A stretch of DNA of 64,000 nucleotides from assembly GCF_963676685.1 (NCBI RefSeq), contig NC_092351.1, positions 88,288,001 to 88,352,000 on the forward strand, written 5' to 3'. This stretch comes from Mytilus edulis. Lineage: Eukaryota. Position numbers and translations under genes: made by a program. The notes below the pieces were generated by a model that made no database searches, was not told the DNA's origin, and was given only the letters and a program-made list of their open reading frames with translations. Shown here one piece after another: positions 26,401 through 38,496 of the stretch (position 1 is its first letter; each line of letters begins with the position of its first letter).

Positions 26401-27721
26401 ATGGCATTTTCCATATCGACCCTATTATCAGCCCTTGACCCATATCTATACCTTGGGCTAAAGCCCTTGGTCCGATATGAGAGTCTTTGGCTATTAATTG
26501 GGCCGATATGGAAAATGCCATGTAATAATCTTTAATAATACCATTTTCAAAATATATCCAATTAACAGCAAATATGGTCAATTTTGAAGTTTAAGGGGAT
26601 AAACCCCAAATAAGGGATTGTCGTACGACTTGCCGTACAATGGAGACTTTAGCAGATCTTCTAATTCGGTAGAAGGAATGTTGACTCCTTTAGTCTCTAC
26701 ATGGCCTGGGACTATAATACTAACGGGACTGGAAACCGTTACACCAATCAGTGTAATAATATCTGCATCACAGCCGTTAGAACGAGACTTTACCTGCGCT
26801 ATTTATTGATGCGCCATATTGTTTTGACAGTGACATCGTGCCTTGATCTTATAATTTCGGTAATTTGTTTTTCTATTTTATAGTTACAATGTATTAGTAA
26901 TGATTATCCTTAACATAAACATGATTACTTTAATGATAAAAGATATCCCGATCTTTGACAGTTAATATAAATCACCAAATCCCGCCTTAATTGTAAAAAT
27001 TAACATATAAACATTGAAATTTTCAGGATTAAAATAGCGTGGGGACGATGTGGAAAAAAGTATATGATTCATAAAATGTCTTATAACTTTTGATTGAAAA
27101 GAATTACGCAAGTTCGGTTTGTTGTAAAGTCATATTTATAGGTGATAGTTTGGATTTGCCTTTTTTTATTTTTTAGTATAATAGTCCCAGATATGGCCAA
27201 ATAGGCTGTCCACATCTCCAAGGTCTATTTTGTAGTAACGGCAGCCATGTTTTTCGGAAAATGGCTATGTGCGACACAATTTTTTTAGAAAATATACCCT
27301 AAAGAGGATTGTGGCAATGTTTCGTCTAAATCCCTTTAGTGGCTTCATACTTTTGTTAACTTAACAGATAAACAAAATGGACACCATTGAGTGATGACAA
27401 TAGCTTTAATACAAGCACCTTCGGTCCAGGTGAGCTCACAAGAGAAAGTTGTGGTGGGGACACAAATTGGTTTAAATTCATATGCATATTATATGCATTC
27501 TTGTATGCAACACACTTTCTCATGTTGGTTAACAATCATGTAGAGCGGACACAATTTGGACGGACTGACAATCTAATTACTTTAGGGCTCCTGTTGATAG
27601 TCAGCGTGGCCTTAATTAACAGTGTGACATGTGGATGACAAATAGACAGACATTTGTATACCATAAAACTTCCAGCAAAATAATTTAAAGAGCTTATAAA
27701 CATGATTAAAACTGTGAAAGT

Positions 27722-27922
27722 ATAAATAAACTCATCATAGATACCAGGACAAAATTTAGTATATACGCCAGACGCGCGTTTCGTCTACAAAAGACTCATC
27801 ATTGACGCTCGAATCCAAAAAAGTTAAAAAGGCCAAATAAAGTACAAAGTTGAAGAGCATTGAGGACCAAAATTCATAAAAGTTTTGCCAAATCCAGCTA
27901 AGGTAATCTATGCCTGAGGTAG
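27722..27922 (+). repeat. Interspersed repeat family D (ATAAACTCATCATAGATACCAGGAC...)
   Basis: Reverse-complement relatives at 45400-45460 and 45790-46215. Confidence 0.65.
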
Positions 27923-30640
27923 TATAAAGTACCCCAAATTATAATGTAGTATTGTGTATTGAAATGTGAATATACATGTAATAATGATAATGTACCTTCT
28001 CTTCTCCAATTGTTTGTATTGATTCATCTGATGCATTTCCATTTCTTAAAAATTCAAATACTTCACAGTAGTCATCCATTTCTTTCTGTAAAACAAAGAC
28101 AAATATCAATATGATAATAACATCAAGAGTAATAACAAAATTACCGAACTGATGAGCAAAAATCCAGGGCAGTAGTCAATAAATAAAAACAATAAATTTA
28201 AAAAATCGATAAATAACGCTTATCAGGGGCAATAACTCTTCCATGGAGAAAACACATACCTTTGAATTCAATTAAATAATATTAAATCAGGCCGTTGCGC
28301 AAAAATATGGAAATTCGCCAACAATGGGAGAAAAGATGTTCCCCATTTTGAGAAACAGATAATCGTATGGAAAACTTTACTTTAGTTTTTGGGGTTATGG
28401 CTGATTAAGTTATACTCAACCAGCACTGACTTAAACATGCTTACTTCAGACTTTTTCATATTCACGACGGGTATTCCTGGCACACGGAACCGCAATATCC
28501 ATAGCACAGAGTTCTAGTTCTGTAGGTCAGTAGTGAGAATGTGGATCTAGGGAGTCCTCTGCTTTCAGAGATTGACGGAATCGAGATGGCACATAGATTG
28601 TGGACATGTCACAATGAATGCACACTTACTGTCTGTGTATTAAATCTGGACAGAAAGGACCGTAGGCAAATAAAACTCTGTTGAGTCAGAAAATTTCAGT
28701 GCGTGAAATTTTATTTATTTATTGCACACATCGAAACAAAGCATGTTTTTCCCAAGATACAGGAATTTACGGTTAATCCAGCTATTTTGGAGAAGGGCAG
28801 CACTGTTGCATGGACCATTTGATTTTCAGGGGTGGGGGGATGGGTTGGCTTTTCATGTGGACCCAGATTTTTTTCCCCAGCAAATTTAGGGCCAGGATAA
28901 TTTTATCTAAGAAAACCCAGATGCCTCCCCCCTCCCCCTCAGAAAAATCAAATGGTCTGTACCTTTGAGGCCCACTTTTCTCTTTGAGCATGTTGAGATC
29001 AATTTATTCCACCCTTCCTGGACAAATAATTTCCCCCCTCAAATTTCAGGATATTATAAATAGTCAGGCCCCCTGAAGTAAAAATGGTCGGTCCTTTAGG
29101 GATATTTGAACTTGAATCCGGGTCTGTTTGCTCTAATTCACGTTGCCCTAGGACCTGTTCACTCTACTTCTTGTTTGTCCTATGTCCGTTCACTCTGATG
29201 TTTCATACATGTTTCATATATTTTATTGTTTGTTGGAAATTCCACCAACTTTTTATCTTGTTTTTGCTGTATATTTTCTCATTTAATTTATCTGCAAGTT
29301 ATGTAATCACTGTGATACAATTTTATTGTATTGTCTAAATTGTTTTACATGTATATACGTTTGTGTGCTTTGTGATTTTTTTCCCTTCATAAAGTTGTTT
29401 TACTGTATTGAGACTTTAAATCAAGGTGTGTCATGACTTATCGTGTTCTGTATTTGATCACATTTATACATTTTATACATTAACTCGGAGAGAACAGACA
29501 CCATGTATTTTCTCTTCATAATATATAAATGGTTTTACATTACGAATTTTTGGGCCCCTTTATAGCTGGCTGTTCCATGTGAGCCAAGGCTCTGTGTTGA
29601 AGGCCGTACCTTGACCTATAATGGTTTACTTTTATAAATTGTTATTTGGATGGAGAGTTGTCTCATTGGCATTCACACCACATCTTCCTATATCTACATG
29701 TATCATGTCTATGTATATATGTTACAGTGAATTTGTATAATCAGGCATTATGTAGAATCCCTGATTTTTATGGGAATATGTAGAATCACTGAAATCATTA
29801 GTAATTATATATAATCCCTGAAAATGACCAGTGATTTTACATACTCACTGAACATGTTAATGATTATTATACAAACTCCCTAATATGATTTCAGGGATAA
29901 TCAATAATTTAAGATTCCTTTGTTTAATAATCTTATTTTAATATAATAGACAAATTATAATATTTTTCTTTCATATTCCTTTCCAAATGAGATAAATCTG
30001 CTTTTAAACACAGAGGGTGATCTTAAAGATATAACTTACAGGGTTTTTAGAAAAAGTTGAAGCTGACTTCACAATTACTAAAGTATTTTTAATTGGAAAC
30101 GAACCTAGGGCGAACGAAATCCATGGGCGAACGAATCCACCACAAACTGACCTAGGCCAGGGCGAACATGTAACTAGAGTGAAACGGTCCAGTTACCCTT
30201 TAACTTGAAATGCCGGAGTGAGGAGGGGGGGGATTTGATTTATTTTTCTCAGTAAGAATATGGATTTATAACGTTGGTGAGACAATGCCAGAACATTTAA
30301 TTATTCTTTGAGATGGCATTATTATTCTGTATGAAAGATCTTTGCATACAGCATAATAATGCCACCTCAGAAAAGATCCTCTATCAAATTCGTAGGAAGT
30401 CATCCCAGAAAAAAAATAATTAAAAAAGCCTTGCCAGACGTCATATGCATAGACGTAGAAAGGCGTCCCAGAAAAAAAATTAAAATAGCCTTGCCAGACG
30501 TCATAATTATTTTGACTAGTCTTTTTCCTGAAAAGTCAGGATCGCAATGAGTGTTGTTTGTTTCGGAACTTTAAACAAAAGCCCCCCTGTTTAAGATTTA
30601 AATGGTCGGTCCTTTATAAAACTTAGTATGGCTGATCACT

Positions 30641-32548
30641 GGTATCCGGTCGTTCCGGCCCCAAACCGATCCGGCCCCAAGTCAATCCGGCCCCAAGTCG
30701 ATCCGGCCCAAGTCGTTCCGGCCCACGTCGATCCGGCCCCATAATAAAATATGAATAAACTATATTCACTATATGGAGGAATTTGTGACAAATTTGAACT
30801 GTATAAACGGAATTTGCAAAAAGTGTCGATGATGGATCACAACAGGTAAACGAAGTATTGAAGTACCAGTTAAAGAACTACTTTAAATCGATACGTAACT
30901 GAGTGTTAGTTTAGTCTTAGATGCATGATTTTTTTATTAGTTGTTAGTGGCTTTGAACTATAGTTATTGTGTCTATTTGTACAGCAGCTCCAATGATATT
31001 TTAAAATGTGAAGATATTTTCAAAGTTGACTTTGAATGTCATGGCGATTTTTATTTTATTTACTTCTCACACAGAGTAGCTCAATAAATATTTACAGTCC
31101 AATGGAACCGTAAAAATTTAACTCATCATTAATGTCTTGTTTAACCAAATCATTAGTCTATAATTGGTTTGTTTATTCAATAATTGTCTGATGATTGTGA
31201 ACTAAGGTAATGCCAATCGTAATCACTTAATTCAATCAAATCCTGATTAATTAAAGTTACGTTATCAACAAGGTCTTTGTAGTTTGATCTTTTGTTTGGT
31301 GTTTGGTGTTTATATAATAATAATTAATTGTATTTTTTTCAGGTAACATCAGAGGCTTCTATAACACATGTTACACTTGTTTTTCTTTTGTAATATCGAA
31401 TATAGTCAATTTATTTTTTTCTTAAAATTGACAATACTTTGAATAGTTGTGTGTAGATAAAATAAACCCAAGTAATATGAGTATCCATTATTCTTTATTG
31501 CAAGAAAATAACAAACCAAAGACACTAAATGCACATGTTGGTCCCATAATACACAAGGAAAAGCCATTGTGATATAAAAACAAACGCATTCTGTCTTCTC
31601 TTTTATAGAAAGAACTAGGCAAATCTAACAACATTTCTCAATTTGAGAATTTTAAGAACTTTTAAAAAAGAAAAACAAAATTTGTATGTATCAGCTTGGG
31701 GATCGGCCTGTACCGTTGTGTATGTAGCTATTTGTTATAACACAAGATAAAAGACGTATTGGATTACAGTCGGCGTTTTACGTTTCCGCAAAAAAAAAAA
31801 TCTACGTTTCCGCAAAAAAAAAGTCTACGTTTCCGGAAATAAATACCTTACTACTTTTCCGCGAAAATAGTAACCATTCCGGAAAAAATATATTAAAGAT
31901 AATTAATCTGAGTACCTTGAACCGTTGATTGTAGTAGCATGAAATTTTTGTAATAGCAGTATGCATTGCGCATTTAAAGTCAATTTATCTACCTCGGGCT
32001 GGAGATTTAGTCTTCGGGTTGTGCACAAATCAATAAGCAGATCCCACATTTTGATAAAAAGTGGAAGTAACACAAACACAAGAGGAATGAAGTTGCCATT
32101 TTACACCCATGTATCGAATAGTTAACCGTGCCATCCATGCAAATATCACTTGAGTTATTTCATTACATAGACAATCAAAGACATTTCAAGTTGGCGAAAC
32201 ACAAAAATATAACGATTCCGACATCATCATCTTTCACTAAGGTGAAACTTTCATATTTTTTTTACTTCTAGTATATTGTAGATAGAAGATCAGAACCCTT
32301 TTTGTATGCTCATCTAAAGAAAATATTTTTCAAAGGCCTTTTTTTTTTACCGTACACAGTACACCTTTTACATTATAATTAAAAGAAATCAGAAACATTT
32401 ATGAATTACAATTAATATATATCTTTATTTTTATTCCTTATAAATATATTTTTTATTGGGGCCGGATCGACTTTACATATGGGCCGGATAGACGTGGGGC
32501 CGGATCGACTTGGGCCGGATCGACGTGGGGCCGGATCGACCCGAACGC
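30641..32548. mobile_element. Non-autonomous foldback/MULE-like DNA transposon
   Basis: Inverted terminal arrays of GTCGATCCGGCCCC units (30646-30741 vs 32458-32541). Perfect 9-bp TSD CTGATCACT (30632-30640, 32549-32557). Confidence 0.85.
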
Positions 32549-33239
32549 CTGATCACTTAACATCTTGAATGTGTCGAAGTGACTGCAAACTTCTGCAAAA
32601 ATAGTGGTGAAAAATACGCTATATTCTAACATGTCTTACCTAGTTCATGGAAAGTATAATAAAGGGGAAAGATACGAACCTTATTGTATGTGTATAATAC
32701 CTCCTACTAAGGAGCATCACCATAAGGTATGCTGTAGAGGAGGACATATTAGCACATTGTTTCGGGCCGTGACAGATTAATGTGAGCATTTGCCTATCCA
32801 GTTTCAAAGACAGGCCGTAACGGGTCTTACTAACAGAAAGTTAACCATCCCAAAACTTAAATAAACAATACAAGACCATGCTTGCATAATTAAATGCATG
32901 CATGTTAGGGTGCCATTAAAACAAGAAATGAAACAAAACGAAACGTAACGAAACGAATTAATAACCGAAACAAAACAAAACACATTGAAATAAAATAAGA
33001 ATTTGAGTAATACACTAAAAGAGAAATAACTTTATTAGCCTCATATACCATATATATACGAACCCATAAATACATTGACACTCACCATAGGCACTTGTCT
33101 CAGAATTTTCAAGCTATTATATGTATATCTTTTTTACCAAGAGTTTTTGGAAATCGTTTTTATATATCATATCTCATAACTATATATAGGGTCTATATTT
33201 TTGACTGAAATAGTTTAGGTACATCGCAAAATACGCATA

Positions 33240-33830
33240 TAAAAAAAAGAAGAGGTGGTATGCTTCCCAATGAGAAAACTCTCCACAAGGGACCAAAAAT
33301 GACACAGAAATTAACAACTATAGGTCACCGTACGGCCTTTTACAATGAGCAAAGCTCATACCGCATAGTCAGTTGTAAAAGGCCCCGAAATGACAAATGT
33401 AAAACAATGCAAACAAGAAAACTAAGGCCCTAATTAATGTATAATAAATGAACGAAAAATAAATATGTTTGTTTAATGTGTTACATATTTGTATTTCGTT
33501 CATTTTTTATATAAATAAGGTCGTTAGTTTTCTCGTTTGAAATGTTTTATATTGTCATATCGGGGCCTTCTATAGCTGAGTATGCGGTATGGAATTTGCT
33601 CATTGTTGAAGGCCGGACGGTGATCTATAGTTGTTAATTGTGGAGAGTTGTCTCATTGGCAATTATACCACCTCTTATTTTCTATATGTAACACAACAAC
33701 AAACGACAACCACTGAATTACAGGCTCCTGACTTGGGACAGGCACATACATACATAATGTGGCGGGGTTAAACATGTTAGCCGGATCCCAACCCTCCCTT
33801 AACCTAGGACAGTGGTGTAACAGTACAAGT
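33240..33830. repeat. Interspersed repeat family C (AAAGAAGATGTGGTATGATTGCCAATGAGACAACT...), here with an internal inversion
   Basis: Copies at 23450-23600, 29550-29690 (reverse), 38730-39290, 44925-45005, 58175-58606 (reverse). Confidence 0.75.
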
Positions 33831-34039
33831 TCTACATAAGACATGTTTGTTTACTGTAAAAATTGACTAATTGACGAATTTGTGAAATTGCTTCACTCAC
33901 ATATTGCCATACAGATTTCTTACCCGTATCATATGTTCCTATGTGAATGCACCTATAATAGTGAAACATCCTGATCACATCAAATATTGGAAGTAACTTT
34001 CCGGGCTTCTTTATCATGCATATCGAGTGAACAGTCATT

Positions 34040-34730
34040 CAAACAAGCTTTGAAACACACAAATCATACTTACTCCTTCCGCCGGGTTGCCTGCCACCTC
34101 TTGATCCGCCATTTTGTAATCAGTTAACAAGTGATAACTAACAATCCGAGATCTCGATTAAATAATCCGAGATAACGATATAATAATCCGAGATCTCAAT
34201 ATAACAGTTTCGTTTTCTCGAGATAACGATATATTAAAGTTTCGTTTTCTCGAGATAACGATATAATAATCCGAGATCTCAATATAACAGTTTCGTTTTC
34301 TCAAGATAACGATATATTAAAGTTTCGTTTTCTCGAGATAACGATATAATAATCCGAGATCTCGATATAACAGTTTCGTTATTTCGAGATAACGATATAT
34401 TAAAGTTTCGTTTTCTCGAGATAACGATATCATAATCCGAGATCTCGATATAACAGTTTCGTTTTCTCGAGATAACGATATATTTTTTATCGAGATCTCG
34501 ATATATTAAACCGAGATAACGATTTAATAATCCGAGATCTCGATATAACAGTTTCGTTTTATCGAAATAACGATATATTTTTTATCGAGATCTCGATATA
34601 ACAATTTCGTTTTATCGAGATAACGATATATTTTTTATCGAGATCTCGGTAAAACGGTAATGTTTTATCGTGATCTCGAATTAAAAAAAATATTTTCTAA
34701 TGTTTTGTGTGTCCCCTTACGGCTTCCGTA
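34040..34730 (-). repeat. Right terminal inverted repeat
   Basis: Reverse complement of 7110-7790 with a different order and number of inner subrepeats. Confidence 0.92.
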
Positions 34731-34736
34731 AAATAG

Positions 34737-34756
34737 TGATTATCTATTTGAATTAA

Positions 34757-34792
<36 letters not shown>

Positions 34793-35800
34793 ATTTTATA
34801 TTGTAGTGAAATTTGGGGTTCATTTAAAATTAACTCTGCTGCTTGCAAGAAAAAAAGTGATTATCTATTTGAATTAATATAAAAAAAAAAAAATATTTGA
34901 ATTTTATATTGTAGTGAAATTTGGGGTTCATTTAAAATTAACTCTGCTGCTTGCAAGAAAAAAAGTGATTATCTATTTGAATTAATCTACATAAATGATT
35001 ATTTGGAAAAATCACATTTCAGATATTTAAAGTATATTCTTGGTGTAAATAAGAAAGCCTCAAATTTAGCAGTGTTATCAGAGGTTGCAAGATTTCCTCT
35101 TTATTTTTCTGTCATTATATCTATGGTAAAATATGTACACAGGCTTAACAAGTTGGACAAAGGGTTACTTTATGATGCTTATGTTTGTAATAAAATTTTA
35201 GATGCAGAAAACATTAATTGTTGGTATTCATCTATGAAATATGTACTTCAATCACTTGATATACAAAATTTAGATACAAAGCTCAATAAATTAATTAAAT
35301 TTGTAAAAGGTAAACTTTGTAATAGTTTTAAAACATTTTGGTTGGTCAAAAGATCTGAAACCTTATCACAAGGTAATAGTAAATTAGAAAATTATTTCAA
35401 CCTCAAGACTGACTTTGTAAAGGAGGCTTATTTATCAATTAAAGATTTTAGTATAAGAAGAGCTATATGTAAAATGAGAATAAGTGCTCATGATCTTAGA
35501 ATTGAGAAAGATAGATATAGTAAAAAATACATTGAGAGAACTTAACGTCTATGTCATCACTGCTTATCACATGGATCAAATTCTATTGAAGATGAGACCC
35601 ATTTTACAGTAAATTGTCCATTATTTGATGAACAGAGGAAATTATTATTTGATAAAGTTATCACTTTTTGTACTAATTTTAAAGAACTACCTAATGATAA
35701 GAAATATTTCTGGCTGTTCACAAATGAGCATTTACCAACTCTCATTTGCCTAGGAAATTACATTATTAAAGGTTTAGAAATAAGATCCAGATGTAAACAA
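34737..35800 (+). mobile_element. LINE ORF2 3' segment (continuation of 4861-7109)
   Basis: LEKSHFRYLKYILGV..AVLSEVARFPL..KMRISAHDLRIEKDRY..stop..LCHHC..EDETHFTVNCP zinc-knuckle-like end. Confidence 0.88.
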
Positions 35801-35846
35801 AATCTTGAACTGAATTTTAATGTGCGTATTGTTATGCGTTTACTTT

Positions 35847-36883
35847 CAGGGGTTAAAAAATCCACTAGCCCGACGCCCGGGACTAGATCATTTGCGCCTC
35901 GGGCAATCAAAACTTTAACCCAATATGCCCGACGGACTAGTAACAAAACATTATTGTCGTTTCCAAAACAGATAGTGGAAAATCCCTTCATCCCTATTCT
36001 ATCTTAGTCAATCAGATTCAATTACGTCATCCGGGATTCGAAGCATTTGAACTGGTTTGTACAGGTCTAGGGTTGCATTCAATATCGTAGCGGCTACTTA
36101 GGGCTATGCAGATTTATGACTATTGAACGAGTAGCTAGCCTAGCTGCTACATAGATATTGATAGCAGCTAGGCTAGCTACTCGTTCAGTAGACAAAAATC
36201 TATGTAGCACTGCGTAACCCTACGATATTGAACGCAACTCTGTTGTACAGTTACATGTTTTAAAAATAGAACAAATAACTCAGGGTGGACAGGTATCATC
36301 TATTGATTGCAATATCTCACACTTTTAATATCGATTTCTCAGTACAGGGGGTATTGTACATTGCATCTGTCGAGATTTTCAATTAATCGGTAGATGAAGG
36401 GGGTACTATTGAGGCTGAAAATTCATCTTGAAAAAATGTAAAATACGATCGGGAAAAGCGGAAAAGAACATATCTAGTGACATGGACAGAAAGATTTCCC
36501 TGGGCAAGGTCGGTTGTGGCGCCAGGATGAAATTTCTGAGACCATGTTCTGCGAATATTGCCAGTGTTTTCCCGAGCATCCCAATAAAAGGTCTCCCTTG
36601 TATGTGTGGACAACTAATATAATAATTAAACCACTTGTTTCACACGATAAAACCAATAAAAATGTTTTCTCTGACAGAAAATTAACTAGTTTAAAACGGT
36701 GTATAATGTCCCCTTCAAAACATTACACCCACCATGTATTATGCAGCAAACTCTGATTTGTAAGGCATACATGGGCTAGGAGGTTAGTTTTGATGGGCTA
36801 GCAGTTCTTCGAACAGGGCTAGTAAAATCCTGCTGCCAATAAGTCCTGGGCTAGTTATCTGGAACAACATTTTTTAACCCCTG
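35847..36883. mobile_element. Non-autonomous hAT-like element with 5-bp TSD
   Basis: TIR CAGGGGTTAAAAAAT / ATTTTTTAACCCCTG, TSD ACTTT, repeated GGGCTAG subterminal motifs. Interrupts a family A repeat. Confidence 0.75.
36067..36242. mobile_element. Palindromic MITE-like element
   Basis: GGTTGCATTCAATATCGTAG / CTACGATATTGAACGCAACT ends and a central TGAACGAGTAGCTAGCCTAGCTGCTA inverted pair. Confidence 0.65.
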
Positions 36884-37222
36884 ACTTTACTACATTGGTT
36901 AGAGGTATAGGAGGAGGGTTGAGATCTCACAAACATGTTTAATCCCGCCGCATTTTTGCGCCTGTCCCAAGTCAGGAGCCTCTGGCCTTTGTTAGTCTTG
37001 TATTATTTTAATTTTAGTTTCTTGTGTACAATTTGGAAATTAGTATGGCGTTCATTATCACTGGACTAGTATATATTTGTTTAGGGGCCAGCTGAAGGAC
37101 GCCTCCGGGTGCGGGAATTTCTCGCTACATTGAAGACCTGTTGGTGACCCTCTGCTGTTGTTTTTTATTTGGTCGGGTTGTTGTCTCTTTGACACATTCC
37201 CCATTTCCATTCTCAATTTTAT
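36884..37222 (-). repeat. Interspersed repeat family A copy inside the LINE 3' UTR
   Basis: Near reverse complement of 505-817. Confidence 0.8.
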
Positions 37223-37430
37223 ATGAAATAATATAATATTTTATTGTTATAAGATTTAATATAATAGTTATATAAACAACATGTTGTGTTAGGCTCTGAT
37301 CCTGTCCATAATGTTATAGTATGGTATTAGTTTTCTGTTTTGCTTTTTCCAATCATATTGTGTTGTAAAATGATGCCCTTTATGGGTTCTTGATTAGATT
37401 AATAAAATTCTTATTCTTATTCTTATTCTA
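37223..37430 (+). mobile_element. LINE 3' UTR ending in AATAAA and an (ATTCTT)n tail
   Basis: AATAAAATTCTTATTCTTATTCTTATTCTA at 37401-37430. Confidence 0.65.
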
Positions 37431-37444
37431 TACTTTTTATTTTA

Positions 37445-38496
37445 CTAAATTAAATCAAACTGACTTTCACAAATTTCACCCGTTCTCATATTCTTTGCTC
37501 TGAATAAAAGTTCAGTTCCACCAAATATCATTGTTTCCTCAATTTCAAGAGTCTCCCCCTTTTTGAGGGGAGGTATTGGGACTATGAGATTTCCGAGGCG
37601 TTGGCAACTAGGATCCGTGACATATCGGGGATTGGTGTCATCTGAAATGTATACTGTACACTCAAGGGTCTTTTCATCTGTTTTTAACGCCTGAAAAATT
37701 TGTCCCGAAGAATGTCCGTCTTCAACTTTTTCCCCTTTGACAGCAAATTTATAAAAGACATCTTTGCAACGGTCAACTCCATCAATTCGCACTTTTTTAG
37801 TTTCCGGGTGTAGTTCAGCGTCCCATTCCGGCCAGCTTTGTATTCCGTAAGTGTTTCTCAATATTCGCTTTCCAATAATCTTTGGTTGATGTCCGAATAA
37901 AACAGCACCTCTTAGGACAGCCAATCCAGCCTCGTCAGGAATAATAATTTTCTTACTTGGAAACTTCTGTCTCATTGCCGTTTGGACAAGCTCACATTCG
38001 GAAAACCCACCAACCATTATAATATGATGAAGGTCAGAAAGGTTTGGGTGTTTGAGCAGTTTATCAACATGTTTTATTATTGAATCTATTGTTGACTTGA
38101 ATAGCTTTCGAAATGCTTCCGGTTTTACAGAAAGTTTCTGTCCACTGCATGAAACTGATTCCTTATAAATAGACTTCCGAATGGCATCGGGCACAGAAGT
38201 GCAATGTTTCCGTGTTATTTCTAACAAAGACACAGGTAGAGTAATAACAATAGCAGTACTATATTCTGTAGTAATTGTTCTTTTTTTCACTTCAAATTCA
38301 TGAAAAAGAGTTGTGTAGTCTTCAAGTTGATTTGAATGAAGCTCGCTTATAACTTTCTTAGTGAATACCGAGTTGACAAATTCTAGATAAGCTCTGTCAA
38401 CAGCTGTTCCACCCCAGTCTCCTCCACTTGGTGGGAGCACCTCTTCCAGGGAACCATCAAACTGACGTTCATGTACGGTTATGTCTGCAGTACCAC
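37445..38496 (-). CDS. HSPA12: HSPA12-like gene 1, last coding exon
   Basis: ORF 37445-38440 extended to the acceptor at 38497-38498 (GGTADITVHE). Confidence 0.93.

Larger units (their letters stand above)
25277..34112 (-). pseudogene. HECT-domain E3 ubiquitin ligase (G2E3-like type) carried by the transposon; internally deleted and disrupted. Segments 34112-34074, 28085-27996, ~26142-25277
   Basis: Exon 1 MADQEVAGNPAEG|gtaagt. Exon 2 KEMDDYCEVFEFLRNGNASDESIQTIGEEK (AG/GT bounded, phase 0). Then GNDNAKKQERKIEIGW..YRQVRTLNGGG..FFLNGKS..LRFYIYSK, jumping out of frame to the HECT C-lobe PTVAKVLKLL..GYR*KFIKSL..FMRFCTGS..RRPTAQTCG..LP..Y..LREDF. HECT N-lobe is missing and there is one stop. Confidence 0.78.
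7110..34730 (+). mobile_element. 27.6-kb IS3EU-like DNA transposon with DDE integrase gene and convergent HECT E3-ligase pseudogene
   Basis: TIRs start TACGGAAGCCGTAAGGGGACACACAAAAC at 7110 with the reverse complement ending at 34730. Perfect 6-bp TSD AAATAG (7104-7109, 34731-34736). The LINE sequence resumes after it. TAY..RTA ends with a 6-bp TSD match the IS3EU superfamily as I recall it. Confidence 0.9.
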
